A stretch of 54,378 nucleotides of DNA, filler included, from Porpidia crustulata (GCA_964255105.1; 5 parts of 5 records of this genome joined end to end with filler, not necessarily neighbours in it), one strand, 5' to 3'. Positions 23,393-36,444 are shown, counted from the first letter of the whole stretch. The notes: generated by a model from the letters alone, not told the origin. Numbers and translations: made by a program.

Positions 23393-24694
23393 ATGGCCGA
23401 TGAGACGCGACTGGCAAGTTCGGAGGAGAAGATCGATGAAACCCCAGAGTCGGAAACGCCCACATCCCCTTCTACCCCCCCAAACGGCGGTCTTACCGCC
23501 TGGCTCTCAGTCTTCGCGGCCTTCTTGCTCTTTTTCATCGCCTGGGGTCCGTCGACCGGCTTTGGCACTTTTCAAGAATACTATCAACGAGACTTGCTAG
23601 TTTCCTATTCCCCATCGGCGATATCGTGGATAGGCACGGTCAACGCCACATTCCTCATTTCCACGGGTGTGCTCGCAGGTCCGCTGTTCGATCGAGGCTA
23701 TGTTCGTCATCTGATGCTGCTGGGATGTTTCATGGCCGTCTTTGGCGAGATGATGCTGAGTCTCTCGACTAAGTATTATCAAATCATGCTGGCGCAAGGC
23801 TTCTGTACTGGGATCGGTGCAGGATTGCTCTATGTACCGAGCATTGCGATGGTGAGCACTACTTTTACGACAAAGCGTGCTCTCGCGATGGGACTTGTCA
23901 CCTCTGGCGCAAGCGTATCCGGTGTCTTCTTCCCCATCATCTTTAATCGCCTGCAGCCCCGTATTGGCTTTCCTTGGACAGTGCGTGTCTTGGCCTTCAT
24001 CCAGATGGCATGCGCCATGGTCGGTCTGGGCCTCCTCTTCATGGAGACACCTGCACCAAAGCCCAAGCCCCCTCGCAATCTGATAGACTGGCAGGCTCTC
24101 AAAGAACATACCTTCCAGGCGTACTGTGTGGCTAATTTCCTCATGTTCATGGCGTACTTTATTCCTCTCTTCTACGTGCCGTTCTTCGCCAGCGGAGCTC
24201 TAGGTACGTCAACAGAACTAGGTTTCTACCTTCTGGCAGTGCTGAATGCCGCATCTGCATTTGGCCGCATCGGCTCATCATTGTTATCTCACAAACTCGG
24301 CGTCTCAAGGCTCTTGCTCGCCGCCGTTGGCACCTCGGCTGTGTTACTCTTTGGCTGGATCGGTGTCCATAACCTCGCCGGCTTTGTTGTCTTTTGTATT
24401 CTATTCGGGCTCTTCTCGGGCGTGCTCATATCAGCCAATCCGGTGGTAGTAGCCCATCCAGTCGTATCGCCAACGCCCAATGTTATTGGGACGCGTCTTG
24501 GGATGCAGTGGCTAGCAACAAGCCTGGGGGTCCTCGTCGGTGCTCCTATCGCTGGCGTTCTTGGTGCTGACGGGTCTATAAAGTCTTTTCATAGATTGCA
24601 GGCTTTCAGTGGCGCGGTGATGGCAGGAAGCATCTTCTTCCTCCTTATTCCGCTGACGGCTGTTTGGCGGTACGACAGGAAACATTCAACGTAG
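23393..24694 (+). CDS. MFS transporter of the monocarboxylate (MCH-like) type
   Basis: PPNGGLTAWLSV, FGTFQEYY, ISWIG, GPLFDRGY, AMGLVTSGASVSG, IGFPWTVR and about 12 hydrophobic segments. Intronless; likely start MADETRL. Confidence 0.93.
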   Translation: MADETRLASSEEKIDETPESETPTSPSTPPNGGLTAWLSVFAAFLLFFIAWGPSTGFGTFQEYYQRDLLVSYSPSAISWIGTVNATFLISTGVLAGPLFDRGYVRHLMLLGCFMAVFGEMMLSLSTKYYQIMLAQGFCTGIGAGLLYVPSIAMVSTTFTTKRALAMGLVTSGASVSGVFFPIIFNRLQPRIGFPWTVRVLAFIQMACAMVGLGLLFMETPAPKPKPPRNLIDWQALKEHTFQAYCVANFLMFMAYFIPLFYVPFFASGALGTSTELGFYLLAVLNAASAFGRIGSSLLSHKLGVSRLLLAAVGTSAVLLFGWIGVHNLAGFVVFCILFGLFSGVLISANPVVVAHPVVSPTPNVIGTRLGMQWLATSLGVLVGAPIAGVLGADGSIKSFHRLQAFSGAVMAGSIFFLLIPLTAVWRYDRKHST

Positions 24695-25121
24695 TCGTGG
24701 TGAAGACAATAAACGAGAAAGTTGCTTAGTAATCCAAAAGAGGCTAGCACACTAGCTTGGCTAAACTGCACGTAGATAGAAATCGCATCGAATATTGTCC
24801 GTGAGCGCTCGTTCGGGGCCACTTGATACATGAACTGCCCTCATGCTCTTTGAGCTCTTGTTGATCAAGAGTTACGAACATACTGAAACGCAAAGATATG
24901 GAGCCTCGAGTTACAGGACTCCATGCACGCGGTGTATCTTACCCACTCCTAACTTTATCAACATGTATGAACCCACTGTGGCCTACTCGCCCCAATGAAT
25001 AGGTACCTCGGTGCCCCGTATTTTTGGATCGTGAGCGTCATCAACCATTCAGAGCCATCGTCGTCTTCACTATTTCACGTGGAGTTGAAGAGAAAAGTAA
25101 CCTAGCGAGGTAGCAGACGAA

Positions 25122-26091
25122 ATGGCTCCTGTATACAGAATTGCGGTCATTCAGCTTCAGGTCAAGGTACAGCATCGTCTCCTGCAGACTTAATCCCACC
25201 ATTTGCTAACTCTTTTATCTCGTCCAAAAGCCTTTGCAGCCAGCCAAGAATTTTGAGCGTGCTACCAACTTCATCCGCTCCGCTGCCGCCCAGGGCTGCC
25301 ATCTCGCGGTCCTGCCCGAATTTCACCTGACGAACTGGCTCCCCACGGATCCCAAGTTCGCGGCCGCGTGCGCGGACTGGCAGGATTACCTACATGCGTA
25401 TCAAGCACTGGCGAAAGAATGCAACATCTGTATCGTGCCCGGCTCTATCGTTCAGACGCGGACGCCCACCGATTCGGCTCCGCAGGAGCTCGAGAATGTA
25501 ACCTATTTCATTTCCGCCAACGGCGACATTCTCGGCTCGTACATCAAGCAGAACCTGTGGGGTCCGACCGAACGTGCCTACTTGTCGGTGGAGGGCCAGC
25601 GTACGCCGAACCTTGCCATCGATACGCCGCTGGGGAAAGTCGGCTTGTTGATCTGCTGGGACCTCGCATTCCCCGAAGCTTGGCGCGAGCTGGTGGTTCA
25701 GGGTGCCAAGCTGATCATTGTACCGACACTGTGGACCCGCAGCGGCGCCTCTGATGCCGGCAGGGCGCAGAATCCCTCTGCGCCGTCGCTATTCCTCGAC
25801 AGCATTTTGACTGCGCGCACCTACGAGAATACGTGCGCCGTTGTATTTGCCAACGCGGGCGGAAGGCCGGGAGGGAATTACTGCGGCTTGTCCCAGGTCA
25901 CGGCTCCTTATGTCGGTCCGCTGGCGCGGCTCGGGACTTCCGCTGAGGGGATGGCTGTTGTCGACCTGGACATGCAGATCGTGGAGGATGCGGAAGCAAA
26001 TTACGAAATCAGAGCCGATCTGGCCCGGAGCGATTGGCCGTACCGTTACTGGCGGGAGAAGGAGGACGGGGTGGGGAAGCAGAAGCTGTAA
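25122..26091 (+). CDS. Carbon-nitrogen hydrolase (nitrilase superfamily); intron 25167-25230
   Basis: Starts MAPVYRIAVIQLQVK|PLQP. The catalytic triad is intact: Glu (VLPEF), Lys (YIKQNLW), Cys (LICWDLAFPE). Also ARTYENTCAVVFAN. Confidence 0.93.
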
Positions 26092-27338
26092 GAAGTGGGG
26101 TACGGAATTTGGGGTGAGGATAGGGGACACGCTCGACACGAAGCGTGGATATGGCTGACGCTAGATACAGAATCTTATCATGTGAATCAATAATGGTATC
26201 ATTCATTATCAATTCTCTACAGTCTCATTGATAATCAGGTCAGACCGCTATTTCTCCAGAGGAGTAACAGGAGCAAACTCCGGGCTCATCCCGCCTCTTC
26301 CGTTCTTGTAGAAGACAAGAGTCGATCACGCTTGGCGCCAGAACCGAATCACCTGCAGAAGCTCCATGATCTGCAACAGTTCACAAACTAGAAACGGTTA
26401 GGTCAGTCGCAAAGTGGAGAACTACTTGTCTCGGAAATCTCTAGGACGGGTAAAGAGTGAGCCCGTGCTCGGCGCGGAGGCTCTCCCGGCGCATGGTAAG
26501 CGTGGTGGAGACACGACAATGACGGAACAACCATCGCGTGCCAAGCGACGGATTGATGATATGGACACCTCGGTGTGTCAATAACGGTAATACGTGCTAG
26601 TAGGGATCCTTTCTACCTTATCTAATCGGAATGTTGATTGCCAGCGCATGCTGCAAGGTGTTTGCCCTGCTCCTCCTTAGGCTGCATGGCAGTCAGTCGC
26701 TGTGCACATCGCAGGAAATCTCATCCAGCAATCAAGCCATGCTGTCCGGCTTCGCTCACGATGGGGAGGTCCTTGCGCGTGCCTAAGCGAACCACCTAGT
26801 CACAAATATCATCAGACGACAAGCTTGAGAGGTATCGATGGAGCTACTAGGGGGCCGTTCTCATTCTCCGTCGAAACCAACCTCATCTTCTCGGCGTAGA
26901 CTCTCTAAACAGATAAGCCTGGCTTGAAGATGATGGTCCTACTTCTCATCATGCATCGTTAATGCTTTTAGTCGCACATTCGTGACGAGGACTATGTTTT
27001 CCCCCTCTCGCGTCTCCCAAGTCTTTCCTACGGGCAATCTTAGTCTTTGGCAGCAGGTGAAGGAATCGATCGATAAAGATCCTACTCATTGTAGTGTGTG
27101 CCATTGCCCGTCAGTCCCGGTCATCTTCGAGGGTCCTATTGCTCCCCTTCTTTTTCTGCCGGCCCTTTGACTCTCTGTCTGCAACATAGTTTTCCACATC
27201 TCCCTTCTCGCTATAGAAACTATTGCATAAATGCTATAAGTGTTCGTAGACTGAGGACGGAACGAAGCTTATCCATCACGATCAACGCCGATTCTACGTC
27301 AATACAACTATTCTTCACACAGGCTCACTTCCCACACT

Positions 27339-29246
27339 ATGCAGACCTTCTACATTGGCGTCGGCATTGTCAGTGGCTGCCTGCTTCTGGCACAGGTGGC
27401 TATCTCCATCTACAACGCCCGCCGTAACAGGATTGATCTACCAGGGCCAAAAGGATGGCCATTCATTGGCATTGGCTTCGATCTGCCTAAACGACCAAGA
27501 AAATTGTTGAGCGAATATCGAACCAAGTATGGAGACGCCTTCAAGATTAGGCTTGGTTGGTATAATTGGGTGTTCTTCAATACCCCGGATGGGGTGAAGG
27601 AGGTGTTTGATAAACAGGTCAGTGAAGAATTTTCCGAAGCCATTCTGTGTTTCTGTATATTCGTAGCCCGAATCTCACATGTAGTATCTCGTCCGAGCCT
27701 TTTAAAGGCATTATTTGAGATTCGAATTTTGCGCCTAGCGTCTTGAGTATCTTAGCGGAATGAAGCCCCTGCTTACATACGTTTACCGCTCAGGCTGCTG
27801 TAACTTCGCACAAAGTTTCGTTGCCAATGGCTCATGACTACGTTATGGGTGATCGTGGAATTTTGTCAATGAGCTACACGCCAAAATGGCGGAAAATGCG
27901 TGGTTACCATCACCAGCTATTGACACCAAAGGCCTCACTGGCGTTCGTTCCCAGCCAAGAGTTCGAGATCAAGCAGCTAATGTCCGACTTTGCCGGCGAG
28001 GAAGGCAAGAATAGCACTGATTTTTATATGTTTATTCGCCGTATGACTTTTTCCATCATGATGACCTCGACGTACGGCCAGCGCATCCCAAAGTGGGACT
28101 GCCAAGAAGTCCGTGACGTATACGGCAATATGCGCATCTTGTCAATCATCTTGCAACCTGGCACCTTTTGGATGGACGTTTTCCCTCCACTCGCACTGCT
28201 CCCTAAGTGGATGATGCCGTCATACTTTATGGCGCGTAAATGTAAGAAATTCATGCAGGAGAACACTATGCGACACTGGAACGAGCTCAAAGCCCGGGTC
28301 GAAAAAGGAACAGCGCCAGAATGCTTTGCCAAGCATGTGATAGACTCGGATTACAAAGCACAAGGCCTTGACGAGGAGACGGCTAGCTGGATGGTACAAG
28401 GTGAGCACAGATTCTGAGCATGCCCATGTACAATCGACATGGTCATTCCGCAGTGACTCTCAAGGATAGTCATAACTGATACTTGGACTAGCGATCCCCG
28501 AAGCCGGTGCCGAAACCACAGCTAGCGTACTGAACAGCCTGCTAAAGCACCTCGCCGCCACGCCGGAGGCGCAAGAGCGGGCGCATGCAGAAGTCAGCGC
28601 TATCTTGGGCGACTCACGTCTAGCGGATCTCTCCGACGAGCCTAACATGCCATACATCCGCGCAACCATCAAGGAGATCATGCGTATGTGTCCAGTTGCC
28701 ACGACGGGTCTACGTCGTCTTGCTGGCGCAGACGTCCACTATCACGATAAGACGATTCCGAAAGGCACAATTTTACTTGCTAACATATGTGCGCTTCATT
28801 GGGACGAGCAGCGCTTTCCGAATCCCTTCACCTTCAGGCCTGAGCGCTATCTACAACACCAGCAACGCTCCGCTGTCTATGCAAACTCCGCTGACGTGAT
28901 GCAACGCGATCACTTTACATTTGGTGCCGGCCGGCGGATTTGTCCAGGGGTTCATCTAGCAGAGAATGGCCTGTTTCTGGCAGTTTCAAACCTAATTTGG
29001 GCATATGAGTTCAGGCCACCGCTAGGCCCAGATGGGAAGGAGGTGCCCATGGACCTCAGCGACGATGCATTTCTGGATGGTGCAATCAGGATTCCTAAGC
29101 CGTATCAGGTGAGGATAATTCCAAGGAATCCAGCGAGATTGGCGTTCGTGAAGGAGACGTGGGCTCAGGCGAAGAATGATGGATATATGATGCGCGGGCT
29201 GAACGTGACCGAGGACGGCGGAATCAGAGCGGTTGAGAAGGTTTGA
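27339..29246 (+). CDS. Cytochrome P450 monooxygenase; exons 27339-27617, 27794-28400, 28492-29246
   Basis: N-terminal anchor plus LPGPKGWPFIG, I-helix EAGAETT, K-helix IKEIMR, FRPERY, and heme motif FGAGRRICPG. Both introns are canonical and keep the frame. Confidence 0.96.
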
Positions 29247-29822
29247 AGGCCGGAGAAGCGAAGGCTCCCTGGACGAGTTTGCTGCTTTTTCTTTTGATAG
29301 ATCTAGCAGTATAGCAGAACTCCAGTAGAAGTACTCTTGCCGACAGACTTGTGGCAGACGTCGTGCAATGACTAAGCCTCACGAATACCAACCTGGAACA
29401 AGCGCCCAGGCGGCTAAATCGGCTGAATTCTGGAAACAAATAGAATAGCGGGCAAGGTGGTGGACAACGACATGTGTGATTTTACAGATCGAATTCCATT
29501 CGCACCGCGTGTTCAAATAGAAATCAATGAGAACACATCGAATGCGTAACGAGAAGTTGTTTTCCCAGTAGAAATACTGGGATTGGGTGACGATTGAAAT
29601 CAGTTGAACGCTCGAGGCGTTTCAAGTGAAAGTAGTCATCTTGTCATTTTGTCCCATTCATCCCACAGTTCGCCTGCCACCACCTGACATATTTTCCAAG
29701 CCATATTCTTAAATGATTTACAGTGCTAATACGGCTCCAATAGTGTCAATTAGTGACTTATCTATCCACCTACTTTTGATGAGCCATTGACATCTTTGTG
29801 CTGCCCATGTAAAATAGCTACC

Positions 29823-31662
29823 ATGGTTACAAGTGGGCAAAGTGTCATATGGCCTGACACTCCTCTCTTTCTAGTTGACAGGTCGTGGCGCTCGGCATCC
29901 GAGGCTTCAAGGATTATATTTGACTGGCAAAGGAATACAGAACCCTCTAAGAACGGTACCTGGCGTGGAAACACTGGTACCGATTCGACTGGCTCGCCTC
30001 GAATAACGGGGACCACTCCCAAACAGCGAGCAACTGAACCTCAATGCAAAAACCAGCCAAGGCCGGTCCCCGAGACAGCCAGGGCGTTTGAATTCATCAA
30101 TGCCACAGGGCTTGACCATGCTCGTGATCCTCATATACAGAGGCTCGTGAAAAGTCACGCCAGAAAAGGAATCCACCGTCATAAGGATTTGAGCAAGACA
30201 TCGAAAGTTGACCGTAAAAAGACACCATCATATACTGCAGGAAATGTGAAGGAGGCTGTCGCACTAGATTCACCAAATTGGGGGGTTGTCTGCTCCGGCT
30301 CCGCATCGCCTTTCTATGGCAACAAAGCGAATGGTGTACTATCCAGCTCACGCTCACGATGCTTACTAAGTTATTGTATGTATCGAAGCTTGTCTATGTA
30401 ATAGACCACTACCCTGTTATGCTGACTGCTTGCCAGACCTTGACGTGGTAGCTCTCTCTTGGTACCCATTAGAACACCGAGGCCTCGCATACAGTCCCGT
30501 CAAAGCAGGCTGGTTACCACTAGCAATGAAAGATGAGCTTCTCTTCCGCTCAGTCCTGTTATCTTCTGCCTCGCGCCTCGCAGTCGACGGCGGACGTCCT
30601 GATCCCGATGAGCCCAAGCTCATAGCCGAGCCAATTTTTGGACAGCTTAACCAGAGATTGAAGTGTTGTAAGGAGCTCTCAGACTCTACCATTGCGGTTG
30701 TAGCATGTCTAGGGATGATTGAGGTATTGATCAACGCCATCCTTGAGCAATATCACTGAGACAATGTTAATGAAAAGGGGGCAGATTTCGCTTGGCAACT
30801 ATGAAAAGTGGAAAGTCCACATGATGGCCGTAAAAGAAATGGTCCACCTTCGAGGCGGACTCGAATCAATTGATGAATCACTTCAGACGAAAGTTTGCCG
30901 GTTTGACCTCCAATCCTAGCCTCGCGGCTCCCAATATAGAACGCATGTAACCCATTGAGTAGAGCAGACATAGAGGGCGCCACTGACTGTCTCTCCTCCC
31001 CCTACCTTTCTCCACTGCCGCGCTACACCGACTCAACAACAAAGTTCTTCCCACTTCTTTCAAACAACGACCCCGATTTTCTTCCTGTAACCCCGCTCGC
31101 AACCTTGGATACCTGTCCACGTCTATTATCCATGCTACACAAATTATCGCAGCTCTCGCGCGCCATCGACCATGCCCTGCGCCACCCAAAAACGACGTCA
31201 CTCAATCCCCGTGCTCTCGACGAAGATTTTAGCCTACTACTCCATTAGCTGCAGTCATGGCAGCCGAGCCGGGCCAGCCATTTGGACGAGGCGCTCCGGC
31301 TTGGAGCCTTACTCTATGCAAAGTCCATCACGCGCTTAGCGACTAAGCACATACGGCCTGTGGTGTACGAATTCATCTCTACTCTCAACGATGCTGCCGA
31401 AGATCAGCTCACTATGCTAGCTTTGCGCACGTGGTTACTTCTGGTAGGGGCAGTCTTTGTGCCGGCGGGGAGCCCAGAGAGGGCGTGGTTTGTAGCCGGG
31501 CTCGCAAGCTTATGGAAAACAAGCTTCGATGAGAAGCCGGTGACTTGGGATAGGATCGTGTTAAACTTAGAGGAGCTGCCATGGATACCCTTGATTCAAG
31601 AGGCGCCTTGGAAGGAGGTGTGGGATGAGGTTGAGGCGATGAGGTGTTATGATTTACCTTGA
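29823..31662 (+). pseudogene. Fungal-specific transcription-factor-domain (Fungal_trans_2/DUF3468-like) regulator with an in-frame TAG at 31246-31248
   Basis: FEFINA..RLVKSHAR basic motif. Introns 30376-30436, 30724-30784 and 30901-30962 give MIE|ISLGNYEKWKVHMMAVKEMVHLRGG..VCR|ADIEGA. The frame continues after the stop (LLLH*LQSW..DEALRLGALLY..ERAWFV). No Zn2Cys6 cluster seen; start codon uncertain. Confidence 0.75.
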
Positions 31663-32547
31663 ATGAACATTACTTGAGGGAAGGGCTGGACACATGGCTG
31701 CTTGCTGTATTGGTTGTAGGCTTTCTTTCAGGTAAGCAAATGCTTTGAATCTCTCGCGTAGTAATTGTGTACCAAACTGAATATCTCGGAACGACGACTG
31801 ACTTTCTCTGTAGCTTCTATGTTGCAAGCTCAATTGTCATACGGAGCGAAGAAGGAAAGGAAGAAGAAGAACAAAAACCAGATGCTCAAGCGCAAACATT
31901 AAACGCGCAACTAAAACCTGTCAACTCCGTTCATTCCCAGCTCACAATCGACGTTATTGCAGGCCCAATAAGCATTACAAACAAGTGAAATTATTTCTAT
32001 ACCACAAGTTCTAATGTAAATTAAAAAATTCTATCCCAAACATGTGTCCTTTGTACCGAAATATCATAGCTCCAAGCGACCCTATGATAAGAAGAGGCAA
32101 TCCATGGACTTATGTCAAAAGGGAAATTCGATAGCTCGGAGAGCTACATCGAAGTCAAAAGTACATAGTCTGCTGCATTGGTTCCGCCTTATTGTCGTGA
32201 TCAGCTGTGCGTCGACTGGGGTTTTCAGAGCGTGAAAGAATGATTTCACATATTGCGGCCACTGTAGATTTGAGACATGTATATCTACTCAGTTACAAAA
32301 ACGGTTGCACGGTGACTCCAGTTTCGAAGAGAGATCTAGTCCTCGACTCCTTGTTTATCTTTCTTTCTTTAATTCGCCGATTAGACTTGAGGGAATTGAT
32401 ATGATATAAGTGAGTACGAGGAGCGAGAGTTGATATGCCAGAGCGAATAGTGATTGAGCTGAGTGAGCTGAGCTGGAGTAGTGGGTGAACTTAGGTGAGT
32501 GAGGATGTCTAGAGGGTGACTAGCGTTTAAACACAGCGGAAGATGAC

Positions 32548-32600
32548 TAACGTGATCTACCCCCTAGTTGGCCAAACCCTCTAGTTGGCCAGCGCCCCCC
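32548..32600 (+). mobile_element. Terminal inverted repeat of a Fot1/pogo-like (Tc1-mariner) DNA transposon at the contig end
   Basis: TA followed by ACGTGATC, then two internal direct repeats CTAGTTGGCCA (32564-32574, 32581-32591). This is the same layout as Vader/Tan1-type TIRs (ACGT start, two repeats ending GGCCA). The contig breaks immediately after. Confidence 0.6.
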
Positions 32601-32700
32601 NNNNNNNNNNNNNNNNNNNNNNNNNNNNNNNNNNNNNNNNNNNNTTAATTAATTAANNNNNNNNNNNNNNNNNNNNNNNNNNNNNNNNNNNNNNNNNNNN
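32601..32700. other. Artificial contig spacer
   Basis: N44-TTAATTAATTAA-N44. Confidence 0.98.
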
Positions 32701-33011
32701 AGGTAGGGCTGAGCTAGCCTGAAGTGTCAGGGGTGAATGTGCGAGGTAGGATGGAATCTTACGCGTGTTGCGTACACATACAGCTGGTCTAACTATTCGA
32801 GAGGTATGATTGCCTCCCAATTAATATTGTATCCCAGAGTCTTAGTATGAATTACATGGCAGAAAACTCAAATACGTCGAATACCTACGCTTCACCATGC
32901 GCTCCACCTCCTGGCCTCCCGTATGCAGATGCTACAATGGCACATCAAGTCGCCAAATGCAATGGACTCAAAAAGCAAAACGCCGACGCTCGATGCAAGC
33001 TCCAGAGCAGG

Positions 33012-36000
33012 TCATGAAAGTTCATCAATGTCGTCCCATCCCAAGCTCTCATATATATTCGGACTCATTTCACGCGCTGATATAGATGTGGTATTATGGA
33101 TCGAGTCCCCAGTACTTCCCAAAGAGACTTCCATAGGCTTGATCGCAGTCTCTTGTGCTTCTGGCCTTGTAATCTTCGACGACTCGTTTCTAGCTCTCAA
33201 TGACTTGGCTGGCGTCTCATACTGGCATTCTCCAACCTCGAAGTCAGTCGGATATGACTGAGGTTCCTTTGACGGTGTCTTGTGCACTTCCGATGACCAT
33301 GAAGTGGATGCAAGCATCCGGCTCTGGTCATCAGAAGACTGCATAGGTAACTGGAGGGCTTGAGGGACAAACATCGGAGGAGCTAATAGGCCGCAGATCT
33401 CGGTTGTCTTTCTGGCTACTGCATCATGCAGAGGGTTCGTAAGTTTCGTTGGGCCTCGAGTAGGCGTCTGTGCTATGGACGACATGACAGATACAGACTT
33501 CTGTAAATAATTCGTGGATTTCCATGGTCCCCGAGTGGGTGTCTGTTCTATAGAGGGAAGTGCGTTCCCATGCATACTTCTCGGAAACTCATCGATCTTT
33601 GACACTGATGTGGGTCTTGCTTTGATCATAGAGTCAGGTGCACGTAAACCGCTCGATGGTGGAATCTCCTCTAGATCCATCGGCGCTGTTGTCGTTGGTG
33701 GACGGGGAAGACTCCCGCAGATATTCATTTGCCTTTTCCTACTGGGAGTGGCTGTGACCTGAACGCCTCGAGTGAACAAGTTTCTGACAGGGTTCTTTGG
33801 TTCTGCCTTTCTATTAGTATGCTATCGTACTCACGTGGCTTAAATGCTTACTTCGTGAGTGTGATTCAGTAGCTCTCTTTTCTGAAGCGTCTACGAACTC
33901 TTTCACCGCCATGCGCGGGTTCGGCTTCTTGAGGGCCGCGATCGCGCCTTTAAGCTCCTGTTCGATTGTCGCCTTTCTCTTCATCTTGGCCTCGGTAGCC
34001 TGTGAGACAGCATTGAGATCCACCTCACGTTGACTATACAGCTTTGATTTCTGTACATTGAGACGATTGGGAGGAATTGCTGATAATGACTTATCGCTTG
34101 CCTCACGTTTCAGATTAGGTACCATAGAGTCAGTAGTAGATCGTGAAAGCGATGGTTTGCGGGATCTTAATTGTTCGTCGGTCATCACGCGTTCGAGGGT
34201 TCGCGGTTTTCGTGGCTGCCGTGGCTGCTGCCTTTGTAATGCTGCGCCGGGTCGCATGAGGGTTTGCGATGCGCTCACGGCTTTGGCAAGCGGTGGGCGT
34301 GCCGGTGAAAGCGTCTTGGGTCCTCCCAATTTTTGGCAAAGCATTTTCGAAACACTAGGTAAACGAGCTCCGTAACTATGTCGTTGGTTAGAGTACTTCT
34401 CCCGACCGAGCAAAGATGGACTAACAAAGGAAGGACAACGTCTACACAAAAGTCTCTTAAATGGACCTTGTCTGATGCCCTCCCATCGGATTGAGTAGCC
34501 GAAGCTTCGGTGGGCTGGGGCTCTTTCCCTTCGTCTACGCTCACTGATTGCCATATACACAGTCTGTCTACAAGTAAATCCAACAAAGTACTCAGATCCT
34601 GAGGTTTCCTTGATTTTATTTTCTTGACTTGAGAAGACTCGTGCTGTAGAGCACTAGTTTGCGGGTCTGCTTCGATGACTGTCGTCTGCTGATTCGAGGC
34701 TTCGAGTACCAAAGTCTCAAGTACGAGAATAATCTGGAGTTGGGTCTCTCTAGCCCTTTGTTCTAGTAGTATTGTTCTGATAGTGTCATTCTTTCCTTCG
34801 GAAGCGTCATTCATTGTGGTCGGCTTAGCTAAGCTAAGCCACCATTTAGTGATACTGGCTTCTTCACCGGGGTAAAGTCCGTCTTTCCCTACGTTCCCTT
34901 TCTTCGGCTTGCGGGTCTTCTGTCCTTGGGAGGAAATAATGGCTGGGATCTCATCTTCTGTCAACACATTGATTGGTAGGTCTTTCACTATGTGAGGTAA
35001 AGCCTCTCGGTACTTTTTGTCCATAATGGCAAGCGACAAGATATTTGATCGCATGAACTCAATTAAGTATAGAATATCCAGTGATGATCCAGTAATCCCT
35101 TGAAAGGCGGCCCGTGCCCGTGACAAGGGTCCTTTCGCAAAGTACGCCAAGGAAGTCTTGTAGTATCAGCCTCTGTGGTAGAGTTATTATAATAGAATTT
35201 CTCACCTTGGATACGTAAAGAGCTTCCTGATATTGGTCCTTGATCATACGAAGCACCTCTTCAGGCTCCTTAGGAATGTCTTGAGCGGCAGCTTCGTCAA
35301 ATAAGCCCTCCAAAGCGGAAGTGATATTAATTCGATCAGCTTTAGATACAGGCTCTTCCGTCTCTGGAACTCTTTCATCGGTGTTGGTCGTGGGACTCTT
35401 CAAGCATAGACGGAAATTTTCGCTCTTGGCAGAAACTCGTATCCGACCTCCGCGACGATTATGGCTGTCGTGAATCGCTGCCGGTCTCCACCACTCACTG
35501 ATTGAGGAGAAGGCTTGCTCTGCCAAGCGTTGTCTCTGAGGCGCAGTATGTTCGATGGACGTTGATTGTAATTGTCGGATTTTCTGTTCTGATACCCAAT
35601 CACCTAGTCTGCACAGCGCATAGACCTCCACTTGTACTCTCTCCACAGCATACATTGCGCCTCCTGGTTCTGAGCGCGCAATGAGGACTGAAGTATGACA
35701 TGGGTGTTGAACTTCCGAGAGCTCCGGCTCCAGAGCTACGATGCATGCGGAAAATAGTCGTGATCCCAGATTGTCGGCATATCCACTGGCATCGATGCAT
35801 GCTAGAGGCAGACATGATCGGCTCAGCAGTACGATGGGTAGAAGTCTTAGCTGCGAGCCCGAAGCGGATGCCGGATAGGCCTAAAAATTTTGTCAGCTGT
35901 GCCTGCTTTGAGTGCCTTTGTAAATATACCTGTATAGTGAAAGCACCTCCAAGTCTAGGAGCGGCAGTAATTTCACTGTGCTTGCGCTTTCGTACTGTCC

Positions 36001-36127
36001 GAATTGGGGCAGAATCATTGGTAGCCGAACGCCATTCGACAGGTTCCAACCTGTGTTCTAACTCTACTTGAAAGAGCGGTCCGGCCTGAAATGCTTCTTG
36101 CGGGCTTGACATTACAGTACTCAACAT
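33012..36127 (-). CDS. SLD3: DNA replication regulator Sld3; exons about 36127-35930, 35880-35206, 35156-34426, 34375-33852, 33802-33012
   Basis: YQEALYVSK|TSLAYFAKGPLSRARA, RETQLQIILVLE, LDLLVDRLCIWQS, LRDFCVDVVLPF|YGARLP, and a tail rich in CDK S/T-P sites. All four introns are canonical. The start could also be 36112. Confidence 0.88.
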
Positions 36128-36444
36128 CAGAAAGCATGACTAATATGGATATCATCTCCATTGATGGTAGGCGGTTTTTACCAATAAATACATCAGTGGA
36201 CATTGCAAGTTACCTAGAGTAGGCGACGCGATGAATTCGCCCAGTGTCGCGTCGCTTGTGCTGACTAATGACAAAAAGCCGATTTGGATGGCCTGCACCG
36301 CATGTCATGACTACGACGGTCCTCAAGCATATTCGTTGATCTCGCCTCGATCATTCGTACTGGTCCTTACACATCTTGAAGATTTCACTAGAAGGACTAG
36401 ACCCCTTCTACAGCAAGCTTACCACGCACAGGAACGTTTTGTGT

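Noticed and set aside
11814..31662. Treating the Zn2Cys6 factor and secreted protein of contig 2 as part of the P450/nitrilase cluster
   Set aside because: They are separated by an artificial spacer, with no evidence of physical linkage.
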